Assembly (NCBI GenBank): GCA_045643125.1
Contig: JAZUKE010000085.1
Location: 8,992 to 72,991 of the forward strand
Source of the DNA: Eubacteriales bacterium
GTDB lineage: Bacteria > Bacillota > Clostridia > Oscillospirales > CAG-382
DNA: 64,000 nt
Direction of reading: 5' to 3'
Positions 7,073 through 17,018 of the stretch are shown here, one piece after another. A program made the position numbers and the translations under genes. The notes below the pieces were generated by a model that made no database searches, was not told the origin of the DNA, and saw nothing but the letters and a program-made list of their open reading frames with translations. The first letter of the stretch is position 1; every line of letters begins with the position of its first letter.

Positions 7073-8366
7073 TGTGTCTTTCGTCGGTATGGTATTCCGG
7101 CGTGACCTTATACGAAAATCCGCCTTTTCCGTTCACGGACAGAATTTCCGGAGGACAGGTATTCCCGGGAGTAACGCAGTTGATACTAACGCTTCCGTCA
7201 TCGTTTGCAGCAAGCTCAAACAAAAAATCCGTGCAGTTTATGTCGCTCGCCAAAACGGTCACATGGGATTTTTCATCTGTCACGGCAACTGTTGCAAGAC
7301 CGTTTTTGTTGACATACATAACGGCAAGCTTGTTCCCGTCGAGTACGGCAGCATCGATGACCGCGCTTTCGATATTTCGCGCAGGGCATTTTGCGGACGG
7401 AGTGATACATTGGGGGATAACGTACGCGGAAGAAGGTGTCTGTGTCTCATTCACCGACCATATTTCCAATCTTTCTCCGTTCGGTACAATATACAGCTTT
7501 ATGAGGCTTTCTTCCGAACCGTCGTATTTGTACTCGTGCGAAAGGTCCACCCAGCCGAATAAATTGTTTTTGCATGTCAGCTCTTTGCCGTCAATATAAA
7601 TTACGCCGTCTCTTATTTCAAAGTCGAAAGCGTCGCCCGGAACCGTGACTTCTCTGTCGATCAATGTGAAAGCCGACATAAATGTGAGATCCATAACGGA
7701 AACCGATTCGTAAGCCAAGCCGGAACCCCACGAATGATATGAAACAAGGTCTTTTGTGCCGTTTCCGTCATAGTCCCACAGACACAGTTGAAAATGATAA
7801 CCGCCGACGGTGTCATAACGGTAAATCTTTCCGTCATACATCATAAAGCAGTGATAGCCGTCCTTGACAAGAAACAGCTCCAAGCCCTCGATTTCATCGG
7901 AAATGCTCTTGGGCGTGATATTGACAATGCCGGTTATGTTGCTTGTGTTGTAATTGCGATAATTCGCACCGCCCGAATAATAGCCGTCGCGCTTCAGTGT
8001 TTCGAGAAATACATCAGCATGGAGCGTGCTCGTGCTTTCGTAATCGGGCTTGTAATAATCGTCGATGACTATTACCGGAGTGCTTGTTTCCTCGCTTGCT
8101 TCTTTGCTTGCTTCTTTGCTTGCTTCAACGCTGTTTGTTCCGTATTCGCCCGGAACGGTACTGTTGTCTATCGGATTCTTTTCTTCTCTGAAAATGAACG
8201 GTGCCACCGCAAGAGCAAGCACCGTCACCGCTATGACCGCGTAGGAAGCGGCGACAAGAATTCCGTTGAATATTCTCTTTTTCGGTTTTTCTTCCATAAA
8301 TACATTCCTTTCACATTTGCTGCGTCTGTTTATGACACTGTCGAAAACCTGATTTGTTGTTTTCAT
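7068..8366 (-). CDS. Single-pass membrane protein co-transcribed with an ECF sigma factor (putative anti-sigma or sensor)
   Basis: 432 aa. A short cytoplasmic N-terminus, a TM helix (ILVAASYAVIAVTVLALAVAPFIF), and a large extracytoplasmic part with an FG-GAP-like DYDGNGTKD motif. The ATG lies 3 nt after the sigma stop. Confidence 0.5.
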   Translation of the reverse strand: MKTTNQVFDSVINRRSKCERNVFMEEKPKKRIFNGILVAASYAVIAVTVLALAVAPFIFREEKNPIDNSTVPGEYGTNSVEASKEASKEASEETSTPVIVIDDYYKPDYESTSTLHADVFLETLKRDGYYSGGANYRNYNTSNITGIVNITPKSISDEIEGLELFLVKDGYHCFMMYDGKIYRYDTVGGYHFQLCLWDYDGNGTKDLVSYHSWGSGLAYESVSVMDLTFMSAFTLIDREVTVPGDAFDFEIRDGVIYIDGKELTCKNNLFGWVDLSHEYKYDGSEESLIKLYIVPNGERLEIWSVNETQTPSSAYVIPQCITPSAKCPARNIESAVIDAAVLDGNKLAVMYVNKNGLATVAVTDEKSHVTVLASDINCTDFLFELAANDDGSVSINCVTPGNTCPPEILSVNGKGGFSYKVTPEYHTDERHR

Positions 8367-8369
8367 AAA

Positions 8370-8909
8370 TCAAAAGTCCTCCTTTTCGAGTTCTTTTTTC
8401 AGCGAAGCTTTCGCGCGTTCGAGTGTATGGTAAGCACCGCTTCTCGTCATTCCCATTGCGGAAGCGATACCGCTGCAGTCCATATCCTCAAAATAGGCGA
8501 GCCACAGTATGCGGCGGTACTTGGGTTTGAGCTTTTCCATTGCCTCCCGCACGGCTTTTTTGTCTTCGGTGAGCGTGTACGAATCCTCGACGTATTCGAG
8601 CGACGGCAGATCGGAACATTCGTCAATGCTGATATGCGCGTGCTTCGGCTTTTTTCTGAGCCGGTCTACGGCGAGATTTTTACCGATGGAAAAAAGAAAT
8701 GTCTTGAACCCCGACTTACCGTTAAATACCGGTCGTTTAATGGCAATTATCGCAAAAGTGTTCTCGGCTTCTTCCTCCGCGTCGTCCATATTGCGAAGAT
8801 ATGTGTTGAGGTAAAACACAAGCGGCTTGTAGAATTCGTCTATAAGACTTCGAAGCCCCTCGTCGTTGCCCGCGAGATATCTTTCGTAATTTTCTTTTCC
8901 GCTGTCCAT
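8370..8909 (-). CDS. RNA polymerase ECF-type sigma-70 family factor
   Basis: Region 2 (FYKPLVFYLNTYLRNMDDAEE) and region 4 HTH (ILWLAYFEDMDCSGIASAMGMTRSGAYHTLERAKASL). I take the start at Met13, preceded by GGAGGTGA. Confidence 0.85.
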   Translation of the reverse strand: MDSGKENYERYLAGNDEGLRSLIDEFYKPLVFYLNTYLRNMDDAEEEAENTFAIIAIKRPVFNGKSGFKTFLFSIGKNLAVDRLRKKPKHAHISIDECSDLPSLEYVEDSYTLTEDKKAVREAMEKLKPKYRRILWLAYFEDMDCSGIASAMGMTRSGAYHTLERAKASLKKELEKEDF

Positions 8910-9055
8910 CGGCTCACCTCCGTTCAAGTTCGCTTCGCCTTTCATTTGTTTGTCGTAAAAGAAACGTATTTGTGCCGTTTTTTTATAAATTTTTTCTTGT
9001 GTTTCAAACTTTTCAGCAGTGTATCACACTTTTTCCGCTTTTTCAAGCATAATTA

Positions 9056-9084
9056 TTGACAGAAATCCCAAACGAGTGTATACT
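9056..9084 (+). promoter_or_regulatory. Sigma-A-type promoter candidate
   Basis: TTGACA (9056-9061), 17 nt, TATACT (9079-9084), about 50 nt upstream of the 9134 ATG. Confidence 0.5.
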
Positions 9085-9133
9085 TGTTTCAAGGCGTAAG
9101 CCTTAGAAAACAAAATAATGGGAGAAAAACATT

Positions 9134-11539
9134 ATGAGTATTTCGGAAAATTACTTCAACGAAACAAGATGCGAAATGTGCAAGAAAAAATCCCGTGCGG
9201 AAGCCTCAAGCGGCAGAGCGTATGGCAAAGAAAACGGTTTTACCGTCGTTTCATTAAGATGCCCCTACGTTATCGAGGGCGTTCTTGACGAAAGAGCCAA
9301 GAACGCGGACGGCATACTTACCGACGGCGACGACATCGGCGGCTCGATCGCCGAAGACAAGATCTGGGCAGGCGTCAAAGCCGACGACGGCGCAAAGATC
9401 ACGATAAGCCTCAAAAAGAAGCTCGATTCTGTCTGCGGCTTTGAATTTTCCTGCGTCAGAAGCGACGAAAACAACATCGTCTTCCCCGAATATATCGAAG
9501 TATTTGCCGACGGAATTGACGTTGGCAGAATGTACGCGCCGAAAGACGAAAGTATTATAAACCATAATTTCGTGCTTTCTCTCGATTACTGCGTGAACGC
9601 GGCTGAAGTATCGTTTGTACTTCCCGCAAAGAAGGATGTTTTCTACCGTTTTGAAGAAGCGACCGTCATCGCCAACGAAAAAATCGCGGCAGGCGATTTT
9701 TACGGCGGATTTGAAGTTGCCGAAGTGGAAGAAGAACTTTGGGTTGATCAGTCCGAAGAACTCGAAAACCTCGCCGCCCATAAAAAACTTATGGCAAAAG
9801 CAGGCGCCGGCGGAGTCAATTCCGGAACGAACCATTCAAATATCGAGATCCTCAACGACGGCGTATCGAGCGAAAGCGTATATTGCTACGACGGAAAATG
9901 GGTGCGCTTCAACGGTGCCGCCGACAGACTCATCGTCATCGACCTCGGCAAAACGAGCGCCGTCAAGTCGTTTGAAACTCACTTCCTGTTCAGCAAGAGT
10001 ATGTGGATCAACATTCCCCACGTCATAAAATTTTCGCTTTCCGAAGACGGAAAAACGTGGTACGACGCGGCAAAATTCGAGGAGCTGAAGCACGTCGGCG
10101 ACGAGTCGATGCTTCCCGTAAAATTCGAGCTTGGAAAAGCCGTAAAAGCGCGTTACGCTTCGCTTTTCTTCACCTGCGACCAGAACTTCGTTGACGAGAT
10201 CATCGTAAACGGAACTAAGAGCATAAAGGACGCTCTGCCCGCATCGTCGCTCGGAAACGGCTACTCGCTCGACGCAGCGCAGGACGACAAAGGCTATCTC
10301 AAGCCCTCTCCTTCGCTTCTCGGCGGTGTCAACGACGTGATGCTTGTTTACCACAACACCGATTACCTTGTAAACGAAGAAATGCTGCTTCCTTACGTTG
10401 CATATCTCGACAAAGACGGAAACATAAAAGACACTATGTTCGACGGCTACCTGTTCCTGCCCGCAGTACGCGCACTCCCCGGCGGCGGCTGCCCCGACGG
10501 CGGAAAGACCTACAAGACCGACTGGGAAAGTCTGTTCGATTCCATTTTCGGTGACGGCATCTGTATGGATGCGCTCGAAAAGACCGCGGATAAGGTGGAA
10601 AAAGCACTCGGGCTCAATAATTACAAGGTAAAAGCATACGTCACCATAGTGAACGTACACCCCGAAGTAAACAATTTCGGTGAAGTTGACGGAAAGATGC
10701 TCGATTTCTCGTCGCTCGACGACTGCAAGAAAGCCGCCGAATGGTATGTGAACAAGGTACGCACCAAGTTCGATTCGATGAACTACAAGCACATCGACCT
10801 TTGCGGCTTCTATTGGTTCTCGGAACAGCTCAGCGGAAAATACGCTTCCATCGTCAGAGCGATCGCCGATCAGATCCATTCGATGGGCGAACAGTTCTTC
10901 TGGATCCCCTGGCACTGCGCTCCCGGTTACGCTTCGTGGCAGGACTACGGCTTCGACGTCTGCTGTATGCAGCCGAACTATGCGTTCAACGTCGGTATTC
11001 CCGAAAAGCGTCTGCTCGACAACGATGCTCTCGTCCGCCGTTACGGACTTTGCTACGAAATGGAATGTTGGGGCAAGCTCTTCAAGGACAGACTTTTCTT
11101 GCGCAAGTATATGAACTATATGAAGCAGGGCGTACTTTGCGGATACGCGGACGCGATAAATATGTATTACCAGGATTACGGCGATTTCAAATCCTGCTGC
11201 TATTCCAAGGATGCACCCGTGCGCCTTATGTACGACTATCAGTACAGCTATATGAAGAACGGTCTTGCTGCCAGACTTTATCCCGCAAAGCAGGATGACG
11301 TTTCGTTCGTATGCAAAAAGGACGCTCCGTTTGACGGAAGCGTGAGCAATTCTTCGGACATCCGCGTGTATAAGCTCTCGCGTTCTCCGTCGCACGGCAC
11401 CGTGACGCTCGACGAAAAGGGCGGATTTACCTATTACCCCAACAAGGGCTATACCGGCGACGACTCGTTCGCTTTCAGAGTAAACGAATACCTCTGCGAC
11501 AGCGAAGAAACAACGGTCACGCTTAAAGTCGAAGCATAG
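9134..11539 (+). CDS. Large protein of unknown function with a C-terminal Ig/cadherin-like domain (possibly DUF4855-containing)
   Basis: 801 aa with no obvious signal peptide. The C-terminus GTVTLDEKGGFTYYPNKGYTGDDSFAFRV is typical of bacterial Ig-like repeat domains. The central region is unassigned. Confidence 0.6.
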   Translation: MSISENYFNETRCEMCKKKSRAEASSGRAYGKENGFTVVSLRCPYVIEGVLDERAKNADGILTDGDDIGGSIAEDKIWAGVKADDGAKITISLKKKLDSVCGFEFSCVRSDENNIVFPEYIEVFADGIDVGRMYAPKDESIINHNFVLSLDYCVNAAEVSFVLPAKKDVFYRFEEATVIANEKIAAGDFYGGFEVAEVEEELWVDQSEELENLAAHKKLMAKAGAGGVNSGTNHSNIEILNDGVSSESVYCYDGKWVRFNGAADRLIVIDLGKTSAVKSFETHFLFSKSMWINIPHVIKFSLSEDGKTWYDAAKFEELKHVGDESMLPVKFELGKAVKARYASLFFTCDQNFVDEIIVNGTKSIKDALPASSLGNGYSLDAAQDDKGYLKPSPSLLGGVNDVMLVYHNTDYLVNEEMLLPYVAYLDKDGNIKDTMFDGYLFLPAVRALPGGGCPDGGKTYKTDWESLFDSIFGDGICMDALEKTADKVEKALGLNNYKVKAYVTIVNVHPEVNNFGEVDGKMLDFSSLDDCKKAAEWYVNKVRTKFDSMNYKHIDLCGFYWFSEQLSGKYASIVRAIADQIHSMGEQFFWIPWHCAPGYASWQDYGFDVCCMQPNYAFNVGIPEKRLLDNDALVRRYGLCYEMECWGKLFKDRLFLRKYMNYMKQGVLCGYADAINMYYQDYGDFKSCCYSKDAPVRLMYDYQYSYMKNGLAARLYPAKQDDVSFVCKKDAPFDGSVSNSSDIRVYKLSRSPSHGTVTLDEKGGFTYYPNKGYTGDDSFAFRVNEYLCDSEETTVTLKVEA

Positions 11540-11582
11540 CATCGACTTTCGGGATCGACGGCAGATCAAGAATAGATTTAAG

Positions 11583-11625
11583 GAAGGCTTTCCGCGAAAA
11601 AACGCGGAAAGCCTTCTCTTTTTTT
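11583..11625 (+). terminator. Rho-independent bidirectional terminator
   Basis: GAAGGCTTTCCGCG-aaaaaa-CGCGGAAAGCCTTC followed by TCTTTTTTT. Confidence 0.8.
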
Positions 11626-12370
11626 ATTTCTTGATTACGCTGATTTCCAGTTCTTTCTCGCAGTCGATGGTTTTTCCGTCGAGGAGAAGCTCAAAATGGA
11701 GGTGCGGCTCGTCGGCGGATTCCATTATCGCGCTTTCGCCGACCGCGCCGATGATATCGCCCGCTTTGACCGAACTGCCGACCCTGACCGTATCGGGAAG
11801 CTCGTCCATAAGGTTCTGATAAACGGATACCAAGCCGTATTCGTGCGTGACCTTGACCGTTTTGCCCATAAACGGATCGTCGGCGACCTCGCTCACCACG
11901 CCGTCGGCGTAGCATCTGACCTCGCTCCCCACGGAAGCGGAAATGTCGATACCGGAATGCGTGCGATAGTCCTTCATCGTTTTGGAATAGATGAGCGAAT
12001 TCATCCTGTAACCTTTAAGCGTTTCGCCGTCCGACGGACGGTAATACACTTCTTCGTCCTCCGTAGGTTCCTCGGTATCGGACGGGACGTTGCTTTCCTC
12101 TTTCTGCACCGGCTTTTCGTTGTCTCTCGGCTGATAGTCGATGACAGACGGCACCGATATTTCCGGTAGGCTCACGTCTATGTCAACGCTCGGGCTGCCC
12201 GTTATCGAGGTGACGGAAAGTATCATCACCGTCACGACGCATATCGCAAGAAACGCATAGACCGCTCCGGCGATCCTTACGCGGTTCTTTGCAGAGCCGA
12301 ACACCTTCTTGAAAAAGCCCTCTTTTTCTTCGTTTTCTTCGTTTCCGTTCTTTTTGCTTTCGTCATCCAT
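11624..12370 (-). CDS. Membrane-anchored M23/LytM metallopeptidase (SpoIIQ-like by position)
   Basis: An N-terminal TM helix and a LytM domain with intact HxxxD (HSGID) and HxH (HLHFE) motifs. It lies directly downstream of spoIID and the spoIIIA operon. Confidence 0.8.
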   Translation of the reverse strand: MDDESKKNGNEENEEKEGFFKKVFGSAKNRVRIAGAVYAFLAICVVTVMILSVTSITGSPSVDIDVSLPEISVPSVIDYQPRDNEKPVQKEESNVPSDTEEPTEDEEVYYRPSDGETLKGYRMNSLIYSKTMKDYRTHSGIDISASVGSEVRCYADGVVSEVADDPFMGKTVKVTHEYGLVSVYQNLMDELPDTVRVGSSVKAGDIIGAVGESAIMESADEPHLHFELLLDGKTIDCEKELEISVIKK

Positions 12371-12460
12371 AATATGAATATCCCCTTTGTGATTTGTTTT
12401 GTCACGGATATTCTTTCCCGAAAATGACGCGATTATTCATTTTTGTTCAAACGAAGATAT

Positions 12461-13312
12461 TTATTTGCGTTCTATTCTGACGTTTTTGTAATAGTGCTTT
12501 ATTATTTCATCGCAGCTGTATCCGTCGTTCGCCATTTTCACGGCGCCGCAAAGCGAAAGTCCCACTCCGTCGCCGCTGCCTGCGGACGTGAAGACAAAGC
12601 CTTTTTCGGTGGTGTCGATCAGTATGTACGTTGACTCAAAGCCGAAAAGAGCGGCAAAAGCGGCTCCCGAAAGCTCGGTATCGCCGACGAAAACGCGCTT
12701 TATCCTGCCGGAAGCCGTGCGCGAAACGTAGGTAAGCCACGATCTGTGGCTTATCGACTCGTCGACGCTTATTCCGTTTTCACCGAGAAAAAGCCGGAAT
12801 TCCTCGGCGGTATAGGACTTTGACGAAGACGCGGCGTCCTCCGGCGACGTGACGGAAACAAGGTACGGGATATCGTTTCCTTTTCCGTCAAGCGCGCTTT
12901 CGGTCATTTTGTATGACGAAACGTGATACGCGGCGTCGATAAGCGAACCGTCGCAGCTTATCACCATTCCCGCCGTAGCGTCCGCCGCATTCGTGTACCC
13001 GGCGCAGACGTCGTAACGCGACAGCCGGATATCGTCATCGCCGGAAGCGAGCCGCGTGCGCAGAACTATCGCCGCGGCTTTCAGCGCCTCCGTCGGAGCG
13101 TCTTCACCGAGAACGGACGCAAGAAGACAGGCGACCTTCTTCTCGTCGATACCGACGTTTTCTTCCGACGTTTCGGGGTAGAAAACGCTGTATTCTTCCT
13201 CCGTCACCTTCTGCGTCACCGGCTTCAGCCCCGACGGGAGAAGACCGTAGACGCACGGCGTGACGAGAACGAACGCAAGAAAAAACGCAAAAAGGAGCAG
13301 GTAATACTTCAT
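12461..13312 (-). CDS. spoIID: Stage II sporulation protein D (SpoIID/LytB lytic transglycosylase domain)
   Basis: 283 aa, signal/anchor sequence, and a C-terminal GVGLSLCGAVKMANDGYSCDEIIKHYY typical of SpoIID. Confidence 0.85.
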   Translation of the reverse strand: MKYYLLLFAFFLAFVLVTPCVYGLLPSGLKPVTQKVTEEEYSVFYPETSEENVGIDEKKVACLLASVLGEDAPTEALKAAAIVLRTRLASGDDDIRLSRYDVCAGYTNAADATAGMVISCDGSLIDAAYHVSSYKMTESALDGKGNDIPYLVSVTSPEDAASSSKSYTAEEFRLFLGENGISVDESISHRSWLTYVSRTASGRIKRVFVGDTELSGAAFAALFGFESTYILIDTTEKGFVFTSAGSGDGVGLSLCGAVKMANDGYSCDEIIKHYYKNVRIERK

Positions 13313-13347
13313 TTGTTTTTATCCTCCGGAACGAATTTGAAATTTCG

Positions 13348-13926
13348 TTAATTTTTCTCGATTATATTTATCCCCGACGGTGAAAGCCCCGTCTGCTCAA
13401 CGGCTATCGAGAGTATCTGCGCCACGTCGTCCTCGAGCAGTCCGCTGCATTTTACGATGACGGAGCATCTGCCCTCGGAAAAGACCGCAACGCAGTCGTC
13501 AAAGCCCTTTGATCTGACAAGCATTTCGATATTGGCTTCGGCGTTCATTTCGTCAACGAGAGAAGCGATCGCGCGGAGCGCATCCTCTTTTGCGTTCGGA
13601 AGCGAATCGGGGGAATCGGCTATCGTCTGCAAAACGTCCATCGCGTCGCATCTCGTCTTTTCGCGGTTGATGACCGCGGAAGCGAAAAACATATCCGCGT
13701 CCGTGTCTTCAGCCGACGTTTCGCTGCCGACAAGCACGGCGTTGCCGAGGACTTTGGTGCCGCTTTGGGTTTCGGGCAGTTCGGGCGACGAAGATGCCAC
13801 CGATTTCCACACGATGACGCCCGACGCGGCGATGAGTACGCAGCAGACGATTATGAAGCTGCGGCTCTTGAAGAACGATTTCCATTCGATTTCCTTCATC
13901 TTTTCTTTCAATTTTTCAAAACTCAT
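13348..13926 (-). CDS. spoIIIAH: Stage III sporulation protein AH
   Basis: It is the last gene of the 8-gene array. It has an N-terminal TM helix and a YscJ/FliF-like C-terminal domain (VRSKGFDDCVAVFSEGRCSVIVK). Confidence 0.8.
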   Translation of the reverse strand: MSFEKLKEKMKEIEWKSFFKSRSFIIVCCVLIAASGVIVWKSVASSSPELPETQSGTKVLGNAVLVGSETSAEDTDADMFFASAVINREKTRCDAMDVLQTIADSPDSLPNAKEDALRAIASLVDEMNAEANIEMLVRSKGFDDCVAVFSEGRCSVIVKCSGLLEDDVAQILSIAVEQTGLSPSGINIIEKN

Positions 13927-13947
13927 CGGAGTTCCTCCCTATAATAT

Positions 13948-14427
13948 TTATTTTGTTACATAAATTCTGTTTGACTGTATATTGAAAAGCGCCGAAAGCA
14001 CGTTGATTATGCGGTATTCCGCGGAAGCGTCGATACCCGGGCAGACGACCGCCACTCCGGCGACTTCGGGCATCCGTTCTTCTATCAGCACCGGCTGTTC
14101 TACGGAGCCGAAATCGGCAAGCAGATACTCTTTTCGGGAGTCAACGCCGTTTTCGGTCTCGGAAAGCTGCTGATTGGATGCGTAATAGTATTCGTACCCG
14201 CTTTTGAGCGTTATCATAACGTGGCAGTCATCGACGCCGGTCATACTGCCGATGATGCGCTTCACCTCGTTTTCAAGGGAAGCGCGGTAGTCCTCGGACG
14301 ACGAATAGGCAAATCCGTCCGACGCCGTGTTTTCCCTGCTTCCGCCCGGATAAAGCAGCAGAAAAAGTCCCGCCGCAAGCGCAAGGACAACGAGAAGCAG
14401 CCCTTTCGGATATTTTTCTTTATTCAT
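13948..14427 (-). CDS. spoIIIAG: Stage III sporulation protein AG
   Basis: Assigned by its position in the operon. I take the start at MNKEKYPKGLLLVVLALAAG (Met21 of the track ORF). The C-terminus is AGVAVVCPG...NRIYV. Confidence 0.8.
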   Translation of the reverse strand: MNKEKYPKGLLLVVLALAAGLFLLLYPGGSRENTASDGFAYSSSEDYRASLENEVKRIIGSMTGVDDCHVMITLKSGYEYYYASNQQLSETENGVDSRKEYLLADFGSVEQPVLIEERMPEVAGVAVVCPGIDASAEYRIINVLSALFNIQSNRIYVTK

Positions 14428-14869
14428 CCGTGACCACCCGTATTCCGTATCCGAGAGATGAAAGGAGAAAATCTCCCACCTCACCACGGATGCTTTCGTC
14501 TTTGCTTTCGAGTACCACGGTGACGTCTTCGACCGTGATATCGTCTCCGATATCTATTTCTATGCGGACGTCAGCCGGAATTATTCCGAATTTTTCGCAA
14601 ACCATATTCTTTATGTAATCCGCCGCGCTTTCGGAAGCGAACGCCGAAACTATGACGTTTTCGCTCTCCGGTGTCTCCGCTTTCAGCGCGGGAACGTCCT
14701 TGAAGTCGGATATGTCGATAACGCCCGCAAGCGGAAAGACGATGACCGAAGCGCAGATAAGGGCGCAGACGTAGCGCATATATTTTTCAAACTGTGTGCC
14801 GGAAGCGAGCGAAACGCAGACAGCCGACACGACGGATGACGTCATTATGGCGATAAAATACTCTTTCAA
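14420..14869 (-). CDS. spoIIIAF: Stage III sporulation protein AF
   Basis: 149 aa, two N-terminal TM helices, consistent position in the operon. Confidence 0.75.
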   Translation of the reverse strand: MKEYFIAIMTSSVVSAVCVSLASGTQFEKYMRYVCALICASVIVFPLAGVIDISDFKDVPALKAETPESENVIVSAFASESAADYIKNMVCEKFGIIPADVRIEIDIGDDITVEDVTVVLESKDESIRGEVGDFLLSSLGYGIRVVTDE

Positions 14870-15936
14870 TCCCCCACTCCTATCCTTATGAACATTGCAA
14901 CCGCTATTATGAATATCACCGACGTGCCGACGAGCAGCGACGCGAGAACGCTCAGAAAGCCGTTCACGTCGTACAGCAGATTGGATTCTTTTTCAAGTCC
15001 GAGAAGCCGCGACGTCATCGCGCCGAGAAGCGTGCAGAACTTATACATAAAAACGTATATCACCGCGGGAAGCGTAAGCGACAGTATGGCGGCTATCCCC
15101 GCACCGCCGACGGAAGACTTCACCACCGACACCGACGCCGTGACGGTGCGCGCCGCTTCGCCGACGATGTTGCCTATGACGGGGATGAAAACGCCCGACG
15201 CGAATTTTACGGTGCGGAAAGCATAGTTGTCGGCGGACGCGGTTATCACCGTCTGAAAATACATAACCACGCCGAACGTGGTGAACACGAACGCGAGCAG
15301 CGTGGTAAGGGAATTTTTGAGGAACCCCGAAACGGACCGCATATCGCCGCTCCCCGGCAGCGACGGTATCACCGACGCGGCAAAGCCCGCTTTGAGAAGC
15401 GGCATAAGAAACGAAGACGAAAACTTTTCCGACACAGTGAGAAAAAGTATAAGCGCCGATGACGACGCGACTCCCGTCGATACGCTGCCGCCGAGCGTAT
15501 AGAGCGACGCCGTAACGGGGATGAGCGACGACATATACAGACAAAGGCGTTCGAGGGATTCGGAAGCGAAGACGAAAACCTTTGAAAGCGACGAAAACAG
15601 AAACGCCGCAAGCGTAAGAACGGATATGTATTCGTAAAGATTTGCAAGCACCTTGCTTTCGCTTGTCCACCTGAACGCGGAAAAAACGGAAAACACCACC
15701 GTGAGAGCCAGCAGACAGCAGTAATATTCAAGCCCGTCACGCACAAAAGACGAAAGGGCGCTTTTTATGACCGAAAAAGCCGTGTCTGCGATATTTGTTT
15801 TGCCGTTTTCACCGATTATCACGTCGGCTCCCGTTTCGGAAGCGATTTTGTCTTCAAGCGACGTGTCGGAGGCAAAGGCGCAAAGCGGAAGAAAAAGCAC
15901 AAGTGCAAGACTCGCGATGATCGCCGATATTTTCAA
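14866..15936 (-). CDS. spoIIIAE: Stage III sporulation protein AE
   Basis: 356 aa, signal peptide plus a polytopic membrane protein, at the correct position. Confidence 0.85.
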   Translation of the reverse strand: MKISAIIASLALVLFLPLCAFASDTSLEDKIASETGADVIIGENGKTNIADTAFSVIKSALSSFVRDGLEYYCCLLALTVVFSVFSAFRWTSESKVLANLYEYISVLTLAAFLFSSLSKVFVFASESLERLCLYMSSLIPVTASLYTLGGSVSTGVASSSALILFLTVSEKFSSSFLMPLLKAGFAASVIPSLPGSGDMRSVSGFLKNSLTTLLAFVFTTFGVVMYFQTVITASADNYAFRTVKFASGVFIPVIGNIVGEAARTVTASVSVVKSSVGGAGIAAILSLTLPAVIYVFMYKFCTLLGAMTSRLLGLEKESNLLYDVNGFLSVLASLLVGTSVIFIIAVAMFIRIGVGD

Positions 15937-16313
15937 AGCAGCTCCTTTGCAAATTCAAGCAGTTTGCCCACAAGCGGCAGCGACATTATGATTATGGCGG
16001 TCTTCCCCGCAAGCTCTATTCGTCCGCCTATGGAATTTTCACCGAGGTCGCGGCATATTTCGGACGAAAGCTGACACACGAGCGAGATACCAAGCGATCT
16101 CAGCGCCACCGAAAAATACTCGTCCGCTCCGCTCTCCCTCACGAGGGTACGGATAGTGCCGAACGCAGGAAAGACGTTGACGGTAATATATCCGAGCATC
16201 ACCGCGCCCGATGCCGCCGCAAGAACGGGCGAAAAACGGTTGTCCGTCTGTTTTACCACCGCCGAGATCACTGCCGCGCATATTCCGAAGCCGCAGACGG
16301 AAAAGACGTTCAC
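15933..16313 (-). CDS. spoIIIAD: Stage III sporulation protein AD
   Basis: 126-aa hydrophobic protein at the correct position. Confidence 0.85.
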   Translation of the reverse strand: MNVFSVCGFGICAAVISAVVKQTDNRFSPVLAAASGAVMLGYITVNVFPAFGTIRTLVRESGADEYFSVALRSLGISLVCQLSSEICRDLGENSIGGRIELAGKTAIIIMSLPLVGKLLEFAKELL

Positions 16314-16504
16314 AGCCCAAACACGCTCCGTATCGACGAAAACAGCTTGCCGATCTCCGAAACGAGAAGCAGCATAACTATCACCATTCCCGCTACGGCG
16401 ACAAGTGTCGCCTGCTCGTCGCGCCCCGTTTTCTGAAGTATCTGACTTGCGAGCGCGACCGTCAGCCCGACACCGGCTATTTTCAATACCAATGATATAT
16501 TCAT
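16310..16504 (-). CDS. spoIIIAC: Stage III sporulation protein AC
   Basis: Only the last 64 codons of the 182-aa track ORF are taken (MNISLVLKIAGVGLTV...SVFGL). They are preceded by GAGGGAA. The size and two TM helices match SpoIIIAC. Confidence 0.85.
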   Translation of the reverse strand: MNISLVLKIAGVGLTVALASQILQKTGRDEQATLVAVAGMVIVMLLLVSEIGKLFSSIRSVFGL

Positions 16505-16529
16505 AATTCCCTCGTAAAAATCGTTGTTA

Positions 16530-17018
16530 TCAATACAGAACGATAGCCGCGGCGAGCGACGCGAGAAGCCCGAGAGCGCGGAACGACCTGACCTTTTTCG
16601 CAAGATCGTTTCCCGCTTCGTCGCAAAGGCGCGAAAGACGCGATATGCAAAGCTCCGTCTGTTCGGTCTGCGTCGCAAGGTCGGTCTTGCCGAGGTCTTC
16701 ACCGAAATCGAGCAGTATCGTTTTTGCTTCGCCGCCCGCGTCAAGACATTCCACGGCGTTCTTCCACGAAACGTCGAGCGGCAGTGCGGAAGCAAGACAA
16801 CCGAGGAAGCCGCATTTTTCAAGAGCGTCGTCGTGAAACGACGAAAATATCTCCCCAAGCTCCGTCCGTGTGAAACGGATGCCGTCGTTTACCCGTCTGA
16901 CGAGCGTCAGCACTCCGCAAAGACGTTTGTATCTTTCGGTCTGTATTCTTGCGGCGTCGCCTCCCGCCGTCCAGCCGACGAAGGCAAGCACGGCGACCGC
17001 AAGGAGCTTTACAGGCAA
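16530..17018 (-). CDS. spoIIIAB: Stage III sporulation protein AB
   Basis: 162 aa with N- and C-terminal TM helices, at the correct position. Confidence 0.8.
   Translation of the reverse strand: MPVKLLAVAVLAFVGWTAGGDAARIQTERYKRLCGVLTLVRRVNDGIRFTRTELGEIFSSFHDDALEKCGFLGCLASALPLDVSWKNAVECLDAGGEAKTILLDFGEDLGKTDLATQTEQTELCISRLSRLCDEAGNDLAKKVRSFRALGLLASLAAAIVLY

Noticed and set aside
16310-16858. 182-aa ORF suggesting a long SpoIIIAC.
   Set aside because: The upstream 118 codons overlap spoIIIAB out of frame and are Arg-rich. The last 64 codons, with their own RBS, match SpoIIIAC in size and hydrophobicity.
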